From: Promethearchaeota archaeon | GTDB taxonomy: Archaea > Asgardarchaeota > Thorarchaeia > Thorarchaeales > Thorarchaeaceae | Direction of reading: 5' to 3' | Length of the DNA stretch: 64,000 nucleotides | Assembly: GCA_014728035.1 (NCBI GenBank) | Contig: WJMJ01000059.1 | Location: 224,001-288,000, forward strand | Shown here: positions 60,971 to 64,000 of the stretch, one piece after another | How the letters are laid out: each line of letters starts with the position of its first letter | Position numbering within the stretch: position 1 is the stretch's first letter | Program-made: the position numbers and the translations under genes | Notes under the pieces: generated by a model | The model's input: the letters and a program-made list of their open reading frames with translations, nothing else | Databases searched by the model: none | Told to the model about the DNA's origin: nothing

Positions 60971-61435
60971 TTACCATTCATATGGGTTTGAAATTAGTGA
61001 CCCTCCATATTGATTTATGAAATGACTCTCACAAAGCTCTTGTCCATATGCATCTTCACAAAGAACTACAACTGTTGGTTCTCCAGTTGTTGGACATAGA
61101 TACTCTGGTTGATACACCCAGACATTCATTGGATCATTCCAATCCATCAGCATACCACACATAGCACAACGAACCTTTACATTTTGTAACTGGTCAATTT
61201 CTCCGCTATTCTTGATGGCCTCAAGTGCTTTCAGTGAAACATTGATACATGCATAATATTTGATTGTGCCATTACTGAACAAAAAAGAAACCTCATGCCC
61301 AAATCTTTCCTCTATTCTTAGACCTGTCCAATCACAATAATGGTACACTTCGAGGGTTGTAGTGTAGGTGTAAATGCTGAAGCATCCCAGAATGACAAGA
61401 ACTACTTGAATCATTCTTTTTTGTTCAGCATTCAT
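60971..61435 (-). CDS. Membrane-anchored NosL-like Cys-rich protein
   Basis: TM, then CDWTG...NGTIKYYAC...VRCAMCGM...VWV...CPTTG...F...YGG, following the NosL motif order. Confidence 0.55.
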   Translation of the reverse strand: MNAEQKRMIQVVLVILGCFSIYTYTTTLEVYHYCDWTGLRIEERFGHEVSFLFSNGTIKYYACINVSLKALEAIKNSGEIDQLQNVKVRCAMCGMLMDWNDPMNVWVYQPEYLCPTTGEPTVVVLCEDAYGQELCESHFINQYGGSLISNPYEW

Positions 61436-61462
61436 GAAAAACACCTCAAAATAAACTGATTA

Positions 61463-61654
61463 CTATTCTCCTAAGTTTAGATACATTCCAATGAATCCTA
61501 AAACGGCAACGATTGCTCCCAGTATTGTTTCAACGTCTCTTGTGAACCAGCATCGCATCTCTACACTGCAAACTGGTGCGAATGTCCAAGGTGCTATTGC
61601 TATTACAAGTCCAATAATTAGAACAACTAAGTTCATTATCACATTGATTTTCAT
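61463..61654 (-). CDS. DUF4418-like small membrane protein
   Basis: TM-APVC...MRCWFT-TM. Confidence 0.6.
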   Translation of the reverse strand: MKINVIMNLVVLIIGLVIAIAPWTFAPVCSVEMRCWFTRDVETILGAIVAVLGFIGMYLNLGE

Positions 61655-61666
61655 GCTATCACGTTT

Positions 61667-62074
61667 CTATGTTTCAATTTGGTATTGGAAAACTTCCGTA
61701 TCCGCAGAATTCTTGGTTGGCGAATCATCATATGCAGTAACATAAACCTGAACCTGATCACCTGAATCTACAGGATCAATACTGCCAATCCACCTTCCTC
61801 CAGCCAAACATAGGCAGGCGTAGAAGTTCATTTGGTATGTTTCCCAATCCTTACCATTAACAGATGCTCGGAGTTCGGCATTTGACACTCCTGAGGGATC
61901 GATACAATAAATTGTAACAGCTATACGGTCGCCTGCCATGGGCTCGACGGGTTGAATGTGGATTTCGTATATAGTTGGACCTTCAACATCGTCAACTATC
62001 AGTGTAGCGATTGTTCCAACTAATACAAGCATTACTACTGCTCCAACAAGCACTAGCTTCGTTTCGGTTCGCAT
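61667..62074 (-). CDS. Membrane-anchored Ig-like domain protein with CLC motif
   Basis: N-terminal TM, D.EGPTI, DPSGV, YACLCLAGG, VYVTAYD. Confidence 0.7.
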   Translation of the reverse strand: MRTETKLVLVGAVVMLVLVGTIATLIVDDVEGPTIYEIHIQPVEPMAGDRIAVTIYCIDPSGVSNAELRASVNGKDWETYQMNFYACLCLAGGRWIGSIDPVDSGDQVQVYVTAYDDSPTKNSADTEVFQYQIET

Positions 62075-62203
62075 AATTCGATATCAGCACCAGTATTCCG
62101 CGTTCGGTGGAATAGGCAGTAGTGATTCGTATCTAATAATATTTCCTTGGTGTCAAATGTGAATCAGGACTGTATGCCTTATGATTGTCTACAATTTGGT
62201 TTT

Positions 62204-63307
62204 CTAAATAACACCTATAGTTTGTAATGGTGTTTCTAGACAGAATTCTCTGTCCGTCTTCCAATCGTTCTTTGTGGAATCAAAGGTTTCTGCCCACAGA
62301 CCATATCTCTGCGAGTTCTTATAATCGATTATCAATAACTCATAGCTAGTTGATATTTTCCATACTAAAGAAACCAACTCTGAAAAATGAGCAGATGGCA
62401 TGCGTGCAGACCAGACAAATCCTGTGGTAGTTTGTCTAATACTAGAGCCAAATGGGAAATCTCCCATTTGAAGTCGTTCTATCAGTTTTTCAGTAACTTC
62501 TTGTTCTGCCTCGGCAATAATGAGTGGTGTATTGTACACATCGAAGTGATTCCAATTGATAAATACTCTATATGATTCAACAGCCTGGTTAATCTTTTTC
62601 AATCGTTTTGAAAAGTCCTGTTGAACTCCCATCTTGTTTTTATCAAGTCCGATTTCTTCTATTATCTCTGTATTTTTTTTCCGAGCATCTAGAGTAATGA
62701 CTTCTAATATTTTAGCGTCAGTCTTGTCTAATGGAATCAATCCTTTTGCATTCTCTCGTTCTTTCTCTTTTCTGTCTAATACCTCTGTTTTTTTTCTCCA
62801 CCAAGCATCCCAGTCGAAATTCCATGTCATCTTATTCGGATCCCATGCATCTAGTTTTGGCCTTGTGTATGTAGAACCATATACTGGATTTAATGTAGGA
62901 AGCTCCCGAATTCTTTTAGCATAACCTTTCGTTTTCAGAATTTCTAATGCTTCTTCCAAATGCTCTCTTGCTTCGTCAGGCTGTCTAAATTGCATGATAA
63001 CCCCTTGGTTAGAACCACCAAAGACTCTTGCACGATACAATGTATATGGATGTTTTTCACAAAACTGTTCTATTTTCCTGACTGCTTTATACGAGTCCAC
63101 TTCAATTAGAAAGTCATCCATCTCCAAACCTATACGTCTTACCCTTAGATTGGGTTGTACCCCTATGTACACTTGTTCACTCTTAAGAGAATCAAGCCAT
63201 GCCTTGGCGGTAGGGGGTGAGATATCTACTTCTTTTGCCAACTGAACAGCTGGCGCCATGGGATACTCTTGTAGCTTGAACAGGAGCTTAAGCCTATCTT
63301 GATTCAC
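62204..63307 (-). CDS. Lrp/AsnC-like regulator with two HTH modules
   Basis: LAKEVDISPPTAKAWLDSL and LDKTDAKILE...DARKKNTEI. Confidence 0.65.
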   Translation of the reverse strand: MNQDRLKLLFKLQEYPMAPAVQLAKEVDISPPTAKAWLDSLKSEQVYIGVQPNLRVRRIGLEMDDFLIEVDSYKAVRKIEQFCEKHPYTLYRARVFGGSNQGVIMQFRQPDEAREHLEEALEILKTKGYAKRIRELPTLNPVYGSTYTRPKLDAWDPNKMTWNFDWDAWWRKKTEVLDRKEKERENAKGLIPLDKTDAKILEVITLDARKKNTEIIEEIGLDKNKMGVQQDFSKRLKKINQAVESYRVFINWNHFDVYNTPLIIAEAEQEVTEKLIERLQMGDFPFGSSIRQTTTGFVWSARMPSAHFSELVSLVWKISTSYELLIIDYKNSQRYGLWAETFDSTKNDWKTDREFCLETPLQTIGVI

Positions 63308-63328
63308 GTATCGACAACCTTCTGTTAT

Positions 63329-63799
63329 TCAAAAATATGCTTTAACATCAGGTAGGCCGGGTCCTGCTCCAGTTGGGGGGTCAAAAATGAGTTGGTCAGT
63401 AATGTAGTATTTTCCATTACCTGTTCCCATAACTGATGCAAGCATGGTCACAGTATACCATCCACTCTCAGTTGCCATATTGAGTCCATCAATATTCAAA
63501 ATCGATTGAGCGGGTGCCCGATACACTGACACTCTTACGTTGTAGGTTAGACCTGAGGGCAATTCGATCCATATATTCAAGTCAACTCTAACTGAGTCGT
63601 CAGTGGGAAATTTGAATTCGAGTAGGATTTTGATATCATCCTCACAGTTGTCTCCATCAAGATCTGCATAGTATGCATCAATAATGGATATGTCTGTACT
63701 TTCTGACACAACTGTTCTGGGCTGAGCACTGGCAAGCGGGATAAGTGATAATAGAACAATCATAGATGCGGCGAGAATTGTTAGATTGGATTTTTGCAT
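63329..63799 (-). CDS. Secreted hypothetical protein with DxDxD Ca-binding-like loop
   Basis: Signal peptide ending ASA, YADLDGDNCEDD; ATG 63799 behind AGGTGA. Confidence 0.7.
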   Translation of the reverse strand: MQKSNLTILAASMIVLLSLIPLASAQPRTVVSESTDISIIDAYYADLDGDNCEDDIKILLEFKFPTDDSVRVDLNIWIELPSGLTYNVRVSVYRAPAQSILNIDGLNMATESGWYTVTMLASVMGTGNGKYYITDQLIFDPPTGAGPGLPDVKAYF

Positions 63800-63942
63800 T
63801 AGGCTCACCTAAATCAGATGCTTCTAGAAATACAAATTGATATATAAGGATATTTGAAATTAGAATTTAAAGCTATATTTATATATTAGTTTTTATTCCT
63901 AATGTGTTGTCCGACGATTGATCGGAAATTAAGGTGAATACC

Positions 63943-64000
63943 ATGAAACGCTTCGGCGCACTGCTCCTAATTGTAGGACTTGCTTTTGCCATGTTCGCAC
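63943..64000 (+). CDS. 5' end of a secreted protein (truncated by window edge)
   Basis: AGGTGA SD; MKRFGALLLIVGLAFAMFA signal peptide. Confidence 0.7.
   Translation, partial: MKRFGALLLIVGLAFAMFA

Noticed and set aside
62094-62114. Leader hairpin upstream of the Cys-rich operon as a riboswitch
   Set aside because: Only a 6-bp clean stem on the transcribed strand and no match to any riboswitch consensus I recognise

Overview
Archaeal chromosomal window, most likely an Asgard archaeon (Thorarchaeota-like). This inference rests on two Asgard-type profilins, L38e, SepF, the gene order and GGTGA Shine-Dalgarno sites. Bases ~2.5-31 kb are conserved housekeeping genes: L37e/Sm, PUA, SepF, aCPSF1, proteasome beta, FKBP, HemK2, KsgA, Rpo4, L21e, Pus10, GGR, Pth2, TruD, Alba, L38e, tRNA-Val, L40e, SucCD, PAC2, Nip7, Nop2, ThrC and CYTH. 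Two degenerate Ski2/Hel308-like helicases sit among them. Bases 31-44 kb are a MoxR/DUF58 operon headed by a 2275-aa Ig-repeat surface protein whose transglutaminase catalytic triad appears lost. Bases 47-64 kb are accessory genes: tandem profilins, a TPR protein, a wHTH regulator, transferases and a Cys-rich NosL-like/ABC module. The most notable items missed by the ORF track are: (i) two related ~30-aa micro-ORFs ending in YxYR, divergent from the wHTH regulator and behind three copies of a 19-bp palindromic operator; (ii) tRNA-Val(CAC) with a 30-nt T-loop intron in a perfect bulge-helix-bulge; (iii) a geranylgeranyl reductase that appears to need a CUG start; (iv) L40e. No CRISPR array, rRNA or transposase was seen. 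All family calls are by eye, without database searches.
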